In this document: positions 22,032 to 31,476 of the stretch, one piece after another
Numbering within the stretch: position 1 is the stretch's first letter
Layout of the letters: every line of letters starts with the position of its first letter
The notes under the pieces: generated by a model
Database searches by the model: none
Seen by the model: the letters and a program-made list of their open reading frames with translations, nothing else
What the model was told of the DNA's origin: nothing
Position numbers and translations under genes: made by a program
Source of the DNA: Tolypothrix carrinoi HA7290-LM1
GTDB taxonomy: Bacteria; Cyanobacteriota; Cyanobacteriia; Cyanobacteriales; Nostocaceae
NCBI GenBank assembly: GCA_019358935.1
Contig: JAHHIK010000044.1
Location: 1-59,983, forward strand
DNA length: 59,983 nucleotides
Direction: 5' to 3'

Positions 22032-22643
22032 TTAAAACCCGTCCAAAGCGAGATTTAACTTCAAGACGTTGACTCCAGGTTCACCAAAGATGCCGAGAAA
22101 GCGATTGTCGGTGTTTTGGGCAATTAGGGTTTCGAGTTGGTTCGGTTGGAGTTGTCGCGCTTTTGCTACTCTGGCAATTTGCGCTTTGGCTGCTTCGGGG
22201 GTGATGTGGGGGTCAAGGCTAGAACCAGAGGTGTAAACTAAATCGGCAGTTGGTTGCACGCCGGCATTTTTCAGACGATTGAAGTCACCTTCGTCGTTTT
22301 TGCCAGAGATGCGATCGCGCAATGCAGGATTACTCGGCGCCAAGTTGCTTGCACCGGATACTCCAGTTTTTAACACTCCGGCTTCATCTTTTTTCGGGTC
22401 TGCTGTACTGTAGCTGGTGGTGCTGGGACGACTGTTAAAGTAGCGCTCTGTTGTAAAAGGTTGACCAATTAAGGCAGAACCGACAACTTGATTTTGGGCA
22501 TTTTTAATTAGACTACCATTTGCTTGAAAGGGAAATACAATTTGTCCGAAGGCAATCATCAGCAAGGGATAAATAATAGCTGTAATCACCCACAGTAATA
22601 AGGTAGAACGAACGGCTCTGCCGGCATCGCGTGCAAAACTCAT
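22032..22643 (-). CDS. kdpC: K+-transporting ATPase subunit C
   Basis: FPFQANGS, GSALIGQ, SGASNLAPSN, TSGSSLDPHI, GEPGVNVLKLNLALD; ATG at 22643 overlaps the upstream TAA. Confidence 0.93.
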   Translation of the reverse strand: MSFARDAGRAVRSTLLLWVITAIIYPLLMIAFGQIVFPFQANGSLIKNAQNQVVGSALIGQPFTTERYFNSRPSTTSYSTADPKKDEAGVLKTGVSGASNLAPSNPALRDRISGKNDEGDFNRLKNAGVQPTADLVYTSGSSLDPHITPEAAKAQIARVAKARQLQPNQLETLIAQNTDNRFLGIFGEPGVNVLKLNLALDGF

Positions 22644-22912
22644 TAAAATTTCTCCGGTACAAACATCACGAAAAAGAGATATATTGAAAGACTGAGAACG
22701 ACTAATCCTAATAGTCCTAATGCCCAAGATTGAGGGCGGGAGAGTGTTTCACCAGTAGCGGCGTAGACTAGAGGCGCTACTATTAAGTTGAAACACATTG
22801 CTAAGAACAGATACAAGGGCAGCTTTTGTCTACGCCATTGTGACCAAATTTCGGTTGCTGTTTCTAATGTTTGTTCCGAGATTTGTTGTGAGGGGATAAG
22901 ATGTTTTTTCAT
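22643..22912 (-). CDS. cyanobacterial KdpG/KdpF-like small membrane subunit
   Basis: Lies between kdpB and kdpC; KdpF-like C-terminus YLFFVMFVPEKF. Confidence 0.8.
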   Translation of the reverse strand: MKKHLIPSQQISEQTLETATEIWSQWRRQKLPLYLFLAMCFNLIVAPLVYAATGETLSRPQSWALGLLGLVVLSLSIYLFFVMFVPEKF

Positions 22913-22958
22913 ATGGTGTTGTTTTGTAGTCGGCGCGAAGAGGGCTGAAGTGTTAATT

Positions 22959-23121
22959 AGGGCTTAGGCACTTATGATGGAGAAACGAACCGCGTTCGCC
23001 CTTGGCGTCTCCGAAGGAGAAGACACGAAGGACACGTTCGCGCTTCGCGTCTCGTTCGCGCAGCGTCTCCGACAGGAGAAGAGAAGGAATAAGAGTTTGA
23101 GAGAGTTTTTGCGTAAGTCCG
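22959..23121. mobile_element. MITE-like element (AGGACTTACGCA-type TIR, degenerate) with nested 23-25-nt inserts
   Basis: Inverted homolog of 29749-29887. Confidence 0.6.
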
Positions 23122-23123
23122 AA

Positions 23124-25234
23124 TCAAGACAAAGGTAGGATAATATCGATCAGTTTGATGGCGATAAAGGGTGCAATTACGCCGCCAACACCATAAAGTA
23201 GGATGTTGCGTTGTAGCAGTTGATCTGCTGTGAGGGGACGGAATTTTACTCCTTTGAGTGCTAGGGGAATGAGTGCGGGAATAATGAGGGCATTATAAAT
23301 TAGTGCTGAGACGATCGCAGATTGGGCGCTTTTGAGTCCCATAATGTTAAGTGCGCCAATTCCTGCTGCTGCGAAGATTGTGGGAATGATGGCAAAATAT
23401 TTGGCGATGTCGTTGGCAATAGAAAATGTTGTTAATGCGCCACGGGTTATTAGTAACTGTTTACCAATTGTTACTAAGTCAATTAATTTTGTGGGGTCGG
23501 AGTCTAAGTCTACCATGTTCGCAGCTTCTTTGGCAGCTTGCGTCCCTGAGTTCATTGCTACGCCGACGTTTGCTTGAGCTAGTGCGGGTGCATCGTTGGT
23601 GCCATCTCCGGTCATGGCTACGAGTTTACCTTCTGATTGTTCCAAGCGAATTACCTCTATTTTGTCTTCTGGAGTGGCTTCGGCGATGAAATCGTCAACT
23701 CCCGCTTCAGTAGCAATTACCTCAGCAGTAATACGGTTATCGCCTGTGAGCATGATGGTTTTTACACCCATGCGGCGGAGTTGGTCAAAGCGATGCCTTC
23801 TCCTGTCGGAGACGCTCCGCGAACGGCGAGCTTCGCTAACGCGCAAACCTGATTTGACTATATCTTTCAGATAAATAACGCCGTAAATATCATTCTCCTG
23901 ACACACGGCTAAGGGTGTACCTCCTAAGCGGGAAACTCGCTCATAAGCTGCGTCTAGGTCGTTGGGAATTTGACCTCCACGGGAGCGAACAAAGCCTTTA
24001 ATCGCTTCCACCGCTCCTTTACGGACTTCTTTACCATTGGGTAAATTAGTGCCACTCATTTTTGTTTTGGCGGAAAACTCGACACCCTCTGCATTCTTAG
24101 GGTTGAAGCCTGCCTCAACTTTATATTTTTCTGCGAGTGCGACGATTGACTTACCTTCTGGGGTATCGTCAAATACACTAGCAGCTAACGATATTTGAGC
24201 TACATCTTCTACTGAGTGATTGTTGACGGGAATAAACTCATCAGCCATCCGGTTACCTAGGGTGATGGTGCCGGTTTTATCTAGTACTAAGGTGTTGATG
24301 TCACCGCAAGCTTCTACTGCTCGTCCGGATGTGGCAATGACGTTGAATTGGGCAACTCTGTCCATCCCGGCAATACCGATCGCACTCAGCAATCCACCGA
24401 TAGTAGTGGGAATCAAAGCGACTAGCAATGAGATTAAAATGGCAACGCTAACACCAGCACGCAAACTGTTACCCGCTTGGGCACCATACAATGTGCTGAC
24501 AAAGTTGGCACCGAAAGCAGCACTGTCAGCGCGATTTCGTTGGGTGTCTTGCTGCGTTCGGCACCTTCTACCAGAGAAATCATGCGATCGATAAAGCCTT
24601 GACCGGGATCGGCTGTAATCCGAATGATTAATTCGTCTGACAAAAGCCGCGTACCACCAGTAACCGAACTAGAAATATCTGTGCCCGGTTGCTTCAGTAC
24701 AGGGGCAGATTCTCCAGTAATCGCCGACTCATCGACTGAGCCGATACCTTGTATAACTTCGCCATCAGCGGGCATCATATCATTAGCAATTACTTTTACT
24801 CGATCGCCCCGCCGCAATTCGGTAGAATTAACTTCTTGAATTGTACCATCGGGTAGCATTTTCCGGGCGGTAGTATGCGATCGCGTCGCTTTGAGTGCAT
24901 CTGCTTGAGCTTTCCCGCGTCCTTCGGCAACGGCTTCCGCAAAGTTGGCAAATACAACTGTAAAAAATAAAATCAAGGTAATCAAGCCATTTAACAAGCG
25001 TTGCTGGTTGATATCTGCGTTAATTGTGCCGAATAAGTTGGGGTTTAAAGTGACTAAAAAAGTAACAATTGTGCCGATCCAAACAATAAACATTACCGGA
25101 TTTCTCACAGCAGTTCGCGGATTTAGCTTGACAAATGACTCACGAATTGCTCTTTGGTAAAGTCCGCGCATATCTGCTTTGGGAGCGCGTTTGTGTGAGT
25201 CACGGGTTTGTTGCAAAGAAGTGGTGGTTTGCAT
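23124..25234 (-). pseudogene. kdpB: K+-transporting ATPase subunit B, frameshifted at ~24509/24510, with an in-frame 45-nt insert at 23795-23839
   Basis: TGES lies in the 5' ORF; DKTGT, KGA and GDGTND lie in a 3' ORF of another frame; a hydrophobic segment after TVLLSV is missing. Confidence 0.85.
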
Positions 25235-25239
25235 ACATT

Positions 25240-25460
25240 ATTGGGAATTGGGAATTGGTAATGGGTAATGGGTAATTGGGAATTGGTAATGGGTGATAGG
25301 TAATTGGCAATTGGGAATTGGGAATTGGGAATTGGGAACGTGAGAATTGGGAACGTGGGCTTTTCCCATGCACCCCTTTTCCCCTCTTCAAATTCCCATT
25401 CCCCATTCCCCATTACCCATTCCCCATTACCTATTACCTATTCCCCATTACCCATTACCT
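25240..25460. repeat. STRR inverted arms around a short core
   Basis: GGGAATT/GGGTAAT versus CCCATT(A/C) units. Confidence 0.8.
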
Positions 25461-27188
25461 AATTTGAAAGGCTTCGCCAATTGGTCCTAATGCCAAAACG
25501 GGGAAGAAGGTGAGGGCGCCGAGGATGAGAATTACACCAGCGGTGACGCCTGTAAATAGTTTGGTGTCGGTTCGCAATGTCCCAACTGTGAGGGGAACGG
25601 GTTGTTTGCGGGATATACTATCAGCAAGAAATAATAAACCGATGATGGGGATATAACGTCCAGCTAGCAAGCTGAAACAGGTACTCAGGTTCCACCATAA
25701 AGCGGTTGCGGTTGGTGCTGTACCTGTGGCGATCGCACTAGGAGATGGTTGAGAATCGCCTAAGCCTTCAAATCCAGATCCGTTATTCGCTGCGGCTGAG
25801 GCGTATTCATAAATAACTTGCGAAAAGCCGTGGAAACCAGGATTGCTAATTCCGGCTAATTGGTCGGGAAATGCTAAAGTTATCCCCGCAGGTATTAAAA
25901 TCGCAATGGGGTGGACTAACAAAATTAGGAAACTGGCAAGGACTACTTCCCGCTTTTCAATTTTGCGTCCGAGAAATTCCGGGGTGCGTCCCACCATCAA
26001 ACCAGTGACAAACACTGCCAAAATTAGATAAGCAAACAAATAAGCTGTTCCCGTACCCTGTCCCCCAAAGACAATTTGAAAGAACATATTCGATAGTGTG
26101 ACGAATCCACCATTGGGCATAAAGGAATCGTGCAAGCTATTAACGGCACCGCACATGGTTGCGGTGGTGAAAACGGCATATAATGCAGATTGCGCCCAGC
26201 CAAATCTAACTTCTTTACCTTCTAAGTTTGGCTGCTGTGAACCTAAAAGCGCGTTGATAGCAGGATTTCCGTTGTATTCTCCAATCGCTGTAATAATGAT
26301 AAACACCACAAGAATCGCAAACGGAATGCTGTAAACTAACCAAGCTTGTTTGAGGTTATTCGCAAAGACTCCATAGGTGTATATCAATGAGGTAGGCACT
26401 GAAATCAGTGCTACAACCTGAATTAAGTTAACTAAGGGATTTGGATTTTCAAATGGGTGTGCTGAGTTGATGGCAAAAAATCCGCCGCCATTTTCCCCTA
26501 GTTCTTTGATAATTTCAAAATGGGCAACTGGACCGCGAGCGATCGCCTGACTAATGCTAGGATTTTCTAAGGTGGGAACTACCACAGGACCGGCTAAAGT
26601 TTCCGGAACTCCAGCCGCTATGAGGACAATTGCCCCGACAATACTAATGGGTAGCAAAATCCGCATAATTATACGAATTAAGTCTACATAGAAGTTGCCT
26701 AAAGGTCTACCTGTCAAACCGCGAATAAAAGCGATCGCTACTGCTATTCCTGTAGCTGCTGAGGTGAACATATGATACCCTAATCCCAACATTTGGCTGG
26801 CGTAACTCATGTAAGTTTCACCAGAATAATGCTGTTGATTGGTATTGGTGATGAAAGAAATGGTAGTATGTAATGCTGTGTCCCAAGTCGGCGCACCTAC
26901 TTTGGTCGGGTTGAGAGGTAGCCATCCCTGACTCATGATGATGAAAAATATCAGCAATGCCATGACTGCATTACTGTAGAAAATTGCCCGCGCATATTGC
27001 CAGCCAGTCATGTTTTCTCTAGCTTGAACGCCGACTAAGGAATACAAAATACGCTCAACTGGGTTTAAAATTGGATCGAGAAAGGTTCGTCGTTCGAGAA
27101 AGACACGCGCCATGTATCGCCCAAATAACGGCGTAATCGCTACTACAATTAATAGCGTTAAGGCAATTTGAATCCATCCTTGTAACAT
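25455..27188 (-). CDS. kdpA: K+-transporting ATPase subunit A
   Basis: [48 protein letters not shown]. Confidence 0.96.
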   Translation of the reverse strand: MLQGWIQIALTLLIVVAITPLFGRYMARVFLERRTFLDPILNPVERILYSLVGVQARENMTGWQYARAIFYSNAVMALLIFFIIMSQGWLPLNPTKVGAPTWDTALHTTISFITNTNQQHYSGETYMSYASQMLGLGYHMFTSAATGIAVAIAFIRGLTGRPLGNFYVDLIRIIMRILLPISIVGAIVLIAAGVPETLAGPVVVPTLENPSISQAIARGPVAHFEIIKELGENGGGFFAINSAHPFENPNPLVNLIQVVALISVPTSLIYTYGVFANNLKQAWLVYSIPFAILVVFIIITAIGEYNGNPAINALLGSQQPNLEGKEVRFGWAQSALYAVFTTATMCGAVNSLHDSFMPNGGFVTLSNMFFQIVFGGQGTGTAYLFAYLILAVFVTGLMVGRTPEFLGRKIEKREVVLASFLILLVHPIAILIPAGITLAFPDQLAGISNPGFHGFSQVIYEYASAAANNGSGFEGLGDSQPSPSAIATGTAPTATALWWNLSTCFSLLAGRYIPIIGLLFLADSISRKQPVPLTVGTLRTDTKLFTGVTAGVILILGALTFFPVLALGPIGEAFQIR

Positions 27189-27407
27189 TTTTCAACTAAT
27201 TATTACTAAGATTTTTACAAGCAGAAAAGAATTATTTGGTATTTGAATAGGTGGAATAAGTTCTATGATTTATCGTTTTTTGAATTAAAACAAGGAATAG
27301 AGGTGTATAAAATCAGTTTATTTTTATGTTTAGGGTTTATTAAACGTAAGTAAACGATGTTTATCAGCAATTCTATTTTATGAGACGAACCGCAGAGGCG
27401 CAGAGAG

Positions 27408-27555
27408 GAGGACACTTCCGTGCGGGGGTTCCCAAGCCACTGCGTTGCGGTGAGTCCACTCGGCGGTGTCGGTTTGGGTCCCGTCGAAGTGGCGAACCCG
27501 AAGGGAGGTTCCCTCCGTTGAAGCATGTGGCGTCCCCGTTGAGGAACGTGTCCGT
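27408..27555. mobile_element. three-level nested small hairpin elements
   Basis: The same outer+inner pair occurs at 43561-43653 and 43706-43798, there lacking the 55-nt third insert at 27451-27505. Confidence 0.75.
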
Positions 27556-27702
27556 CGCAGAAAAGGAGGAAAGAGAGTTTTATCAAGTTATATAATTTAT
27601 CTAAACGCTATTTTGGCTGTATGTGAGGTAAAGTTAATCAAGATTTTATCTTGATTTAAGTTAGGTTATATATTTAAGAAAATTTCCCCTAAGGATGGTT
27701 TC

Positions 27703-29044
27703 GTGAATGGTAGATTTAAAGCGAATTTACTAGCTAACAACTCGCGGTTAGGCAAATCTTTGTTGATTGCGGGTTTGTTTATCTTTGTTCTTGTTTTGGA
27801 GCTTTCTACGCCAAGTGATTATGTATTTGGGTATCTTTACACTGGACCGATTCTGCTGGCAAATTCTTGGTTGAAGGATAAAGCAACTTTGCACGCAACA
27901 TGCGTGGCAATGTTTTTAACGATGTTGAATGTGTGGGTACCTGGGGGTGAGGTGATTGTTGCTTCGACAGTAGCAAATCGAGCGATCGCAGTTATGGCTT
28001 TGATGGTAACGGGACTTTTAAGCCAACGTTTGCGACGAACGCAAGAAGCGATGCCTTCGGCGAGCTTCGCTAACGCACAAACCCAAGCGAAGTTAGAAGC
28101 ACAAGAACAATTAGTTAAACTAAGAGAAGATTTTGCTTCTACACTCACTCACGATTTAAAAACACCTCTTTTAGGAGCAATTGAAACTCTCAAAGCTTTC
28201 CAAAAAGAAAAATTTGGCATCGTTTCGTCGCAACAGCAGAAAGTCTTAGCAACGATGATTCACAGTCATGATAGTTCTCTGCAATTTGTGGAAACTTTAT
28301 TAGATGTTTATCGTAATGATACTGAAGGTTTAAAACTGCATTTAGAACCTGTGGATTTAACTGTATTAACAGAAGAAGTAGCTACTACTTTGATTGAAGT
28401 CGCTGCAACCCGACGAGTTAATTTATGCTTTCGTTATGGTGACTCGGATTTTCGCTCATCGTTGTGGGTAAAAGGTGATGCTTGGCAATTGCAAAGAGTA
28501 TTGACAAATCTGCTGATTAATGCAATTAATCATTCCAGAAGAGGCGATCGCGTGGAAGTAATATTAGAATCTCAAGCTGATTATCAAGTTGTCAAAATAT
28601 TAGATACTGGTGCAGGTATTCAGCCAGAACAGTTCCCCCACTTATTTGAACGATTTTATCAAGGAAATAGCGATCGCCAAGCCAAAGGTTCTGGATTGGG
28701 GCTTTATCCGCCTTCGGCGGAAGGCAGAAGGCAGAGGGCAGAGGGCAGAAGGTATAAATTATGTCTTTGATTCAGCCTTCTGGCTGGAGCCAACTGGGTA
28801 TAAAACCCCACCGTCTACACGGTGGATTCAATCGGTTGGGGTTTGAATCCCCATCCGATTGCTCCTTCAGCATAGCTGCCTCCTGCCCTCTGCCTTTCTT
28901 CAATTATCTCGGCAAATTATTGAAGCGCATAAGGGTATAATTTGGGCAGAGAACAGATCCGATTTTAAAGATATCTCCGCAAATGCCAAAAGTGGAGCTA
29001 TCTTTGGCTTCAAGCTCTCAGTTTACCCATATCAGCCATCTTAA
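27703..29044 (+). pseudogene. membrane sensor histidine kinase (KdpD-C/Hik20-like) interrupted in the G2 box
   Basis: THDLKTPL, NLLINAINHS, DTGAGI, GSGLGLY|196-bp insert|LSRQIIEAHKG. Confidence 0.85.
28708..28903. mobile_element. 196-bp hairpin MITE-like insertion
   Basis: Precise removal restores GLY-LSRQII; GAAGGCAG.../...CTGCCTTTC inverted arms. Confidence 0.8.
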
Positions 29045-29054
29045 GCTGTGCCAG

Positions 29055-29726
29055 ATGCCGTCCACTGAACTAAAAATTCTCTTGGTTGAGGATGATGAAC
29101 TTTTCCGCTTGGGATTGCAAGTACGATTGCAGCAAGAAGCTGGCTTAAAGATTGTAGCCGAAGCTGAAGATGGAGAAACTGCGATCGAGTTAGTAAATCA
29201 CCATGCGCTTGATATTGTTCTCTTGGATGTAGGATTACCAGGAACTGGGGGAATTGAAGCTTGTCGGCAAATAAAGCAGCGATCTCCAAATTTACCGATA
29301 TTAGTTCTTACTTCCCATTCCCAGAAATCACTGATTGCGCGTTTGATAGAAGCAGGCGCTCAAGGCTATTGTTTGAAAGGAATTGCGGCAGAAAAGTTAG
29401 TTTTAGCACTGCGTTCTGTAGCTGCTGGGGCTTCTTGGTGGGATGAAAATGCTACCAAAGAAATCCGTTCCACCTTTGCATCTCAACCGATCCAGCTAGA
29501 TTCTAAGTTATCTACAGTTGCAAATCCTCTCACCCATCGCGAACAAGAAATCTTATCATTGCTAGCAAACCGCAAAACCAATCAAGAAATAGCCTCAGCG
29601 CTTTACATAACACCGGGAACAGTCAGAGTTCACGTTCATGCTATTTTACATAAACTAGGAGTAAGCGATCGCCACGCGGCTGTTATGATGGCTATACAAA
29701 AACAGTTAATTCAAATCAAGGACTAA
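29055..29726 (+). CDS. NarL/LuxR-family response regulator
   Basis: LVEDD, LLDVGLPG, C-terminal LTHREQEIL...TVRVHV HTH. Confidence 0.92.
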   Translation: MPSTELKILLVEDDELFRLGLQVRLQQEAGLKIVAEAEDGETAIELVNHHALDIVLLDVGLPGTGGIEACRQIKQRSPNLPILVLTSHSQKSLIARLIEAGAQGYCLKGIAAEKLVLALRSVAAGASWWDENATKEIRSTFASQPIQLDSKLSTVANPLTHREQEILSLLANRKTNQEIASALYITPGTVRVHVHAILHKLGVSDRHAAVMMAIQKQLIQIKD

Positions 29727-29748
29727 AGTCCTTACTACAAACTTATTC

Positions 29749-29887
29749 AGGACTTACGCAAAAACTCTTCTTAACCTCTTTCCTTTGTGTTCTTCTCCTT
29801 CAAAGACGCTTCGCGAACGTGTCTTCTCCCAAGGGGAGACGCCAAGGGCGAATGCGGTTCGTTTTTTCATAACTTTGCGTAAGTCCT
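29749..29887. mobile_element. MITE-like element with TIR AGGACTTACGCAAA/TTTGCGTAAGTCCT and two nested small inserts
   Basis: 14-bp perfect terminal inverted repeat. Confidence 0.7.
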
Positions 29888-29921
29888 ATTATTCACCCTT
29901 CAAAATAAATTTAACAGAACA

Positions 29922-30521
29922 TTGGAAAAAACTATTACCCAAGACTTCATCACCCTATTAACACAGACCCAAGAAGCTTATCGCGGGCAAAAAATAGAAC
30001 GTCCTCCTGCCGAAGCAATTGTCAATGCGTTGTTACAAGCAGAAAAAGCAGCCAAACAACAACGACTCCTCTACCCATTTGAATCAATACTTGGTAAATG
30101 GCGTCTGTGTTTTACAACCGGAACCAAGAAAGTTAAGCATCGTAGGGGAATTAAGTTAGGCAACGGCTTTAGTGTGCCCAAGTTTGCAGCAGCGCACATT
30201 TGTTTTAGTGCCACCCCAGATGCTGAGAAAGGGGAAATTAGTAATTCCGTTCAATTTGCTTCACTTAAACTGAAACTAACTGGACCAGCTAAATACGTGG
30301 GGAAGAAGAATTTACTAGCATTTGAATTTACCCAAATGCAAATCAGTTTATTTAGTCGTACTATATATAACGGTCAGATTCGCGGGGGTAAGACGAAAGC
30401 TGAGGATTTTTACAATAGACCTGTTTCTGTTCTGCCTTTTTTCGCATTTTTTTTAGTGACACCAGACTTGATTGCAGCGCGTGGTCGTGGGGGTGGGTTA
30501 GCACTTTGGATTCGAGATTGA
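29922..30521 (+). CDS. conserved cyanobacterial protein, PAP/fibrillin-like
   Basis: LGKWRLCFTTG and AARGRGGGLALW motifs. Confidence 0.6.
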   Translation: MEKTITQDFITLLTQTQEAYRGQKIERPPAEAIVNALLQAEKAAKQQRLLYPFESILGKWRLCFTTGTKKVKHRRGIKLGNGFSVPKFAAAHICFSATPDAEKGEISNSVQFASLKLKLTGPAKYVGKKNLLAFEFTQMQISLFSRTIYNGQIRGGKTKAEDFYNRPVSVLPFFAFFLVTPDLIAARGRGGGLALWIRD

Positions 30522-30649
30522 AGATATTTTACAGAAGAAAGGCAACAAGCATATGTAACGGTTCTATTGCGGTGCGTAGGCTAGCAAATACCGCAGGCAT
30601 CGCTCCTAAATTCAAATAGCATAGAACTAGACTACTAGGAGACTGCACC

Positions 30650-30934
30650 ATGAGTCCACAACTCGAAGTAGCGATCGCTGCCATCCAATCGCTCTCACCC
30701 ACAGAGCGGCAACAACTGCTCCAAATCCTCATCCAAGGTGATTCATCCTCAAATTCCCAAACTGACCTGAAAATGCTCAGTGACCAGTTTTGCCAAGGCA
30801 TCACGCTCCAGCAATTGCTTACCACCCAAACCCCTACAACCGTTGATAATATTAAGGATCTCGCTGCTGACTTTTGGCCCCAAGAAGACTCCATTGAAGA
30901 CTTCCTCTCCTTCCTGCGGCAACAACGCGCTTGA
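30650..30934 (+). CDS. putative antitoxin
   Basis: Small acidic ORF (DFWPQEDSIEDFLSFLRQQR) directly upstream of a PIN gene. Confidence 0.6.
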   Translation: MSPQLEVAIAAIQSLSPTERQQLLQILIQGDSSSNSQTDLKMLSDQFCQGITLQQLLTTQTPTTVDNIKDLAADFWPQEDSIEDFLSFLRQQRA

Positions 30935-30955
30935 GGTAATAAGCACGAAACTTAC

Positions 30956-31359
30956 ATGAGTGTTCTTTTGATCGATACTAACATTGCCTCCTTCATCTTC
31001 ATTCGTCAGCGACTATGCCGATCCTTACATACCACTTTTGAGCGGTCATGAATTGGCACTTTCATTTATGACCGTTGCCGAACTTTTTCAGTGGGCAATC
31101 TTGCGTCAGTGGGGCGATCGCCGCCTCGCACAACTAGAGCAATACCTGTCGAATTATGTTATCATTCCAGTCGATCAACTTCTCTGTCGGGAATGGGCAC
31201 AGATTCGTGCCGATCAACAAAGTGCAGGACGGGTCATTTCTCCTCAAGATGCCACCGATTGCAGCAACAGCCATACGCTATGACTTATCGCTAGTCACTC
31301 ACAATATCAAAGATTTTCGAGAAATTCCCAATTTACGTCTCATTACCCCTTCGCTCTAA
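30956..31359 (+). pseudogene. VapC/PIN toxin with two frameshifts
   Basis: MSVLLIDTNIASF / SFMTVAEL...SPQDA / IAATA...LVTHNIKDF are split over three frames. Confidence 0.8.
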
Positions 31360-31476
31360 CACCGCATCTTTCATTTGCCGACAGGGTTCACCAGAGCGAT
31401 CGCTCCTAAGCGCTATAATTAGCACTACTTCTCAACGAGAAAATATAAAAGCTTCACAGCTTAATGGCGTTTTTGT

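Noticed and set aside
24434..24520. Programmed frameshift in kdpB
   Set aside because: There is no slippery run at the junction and coding sequence appears to be missing, so a deletion or assembly error is more likely.
28704..28907. TTAT as a 4-bp target-site duplication of the 196-bp insert
   Set aside because: Both copies are needed to restore the kinase reading frame.
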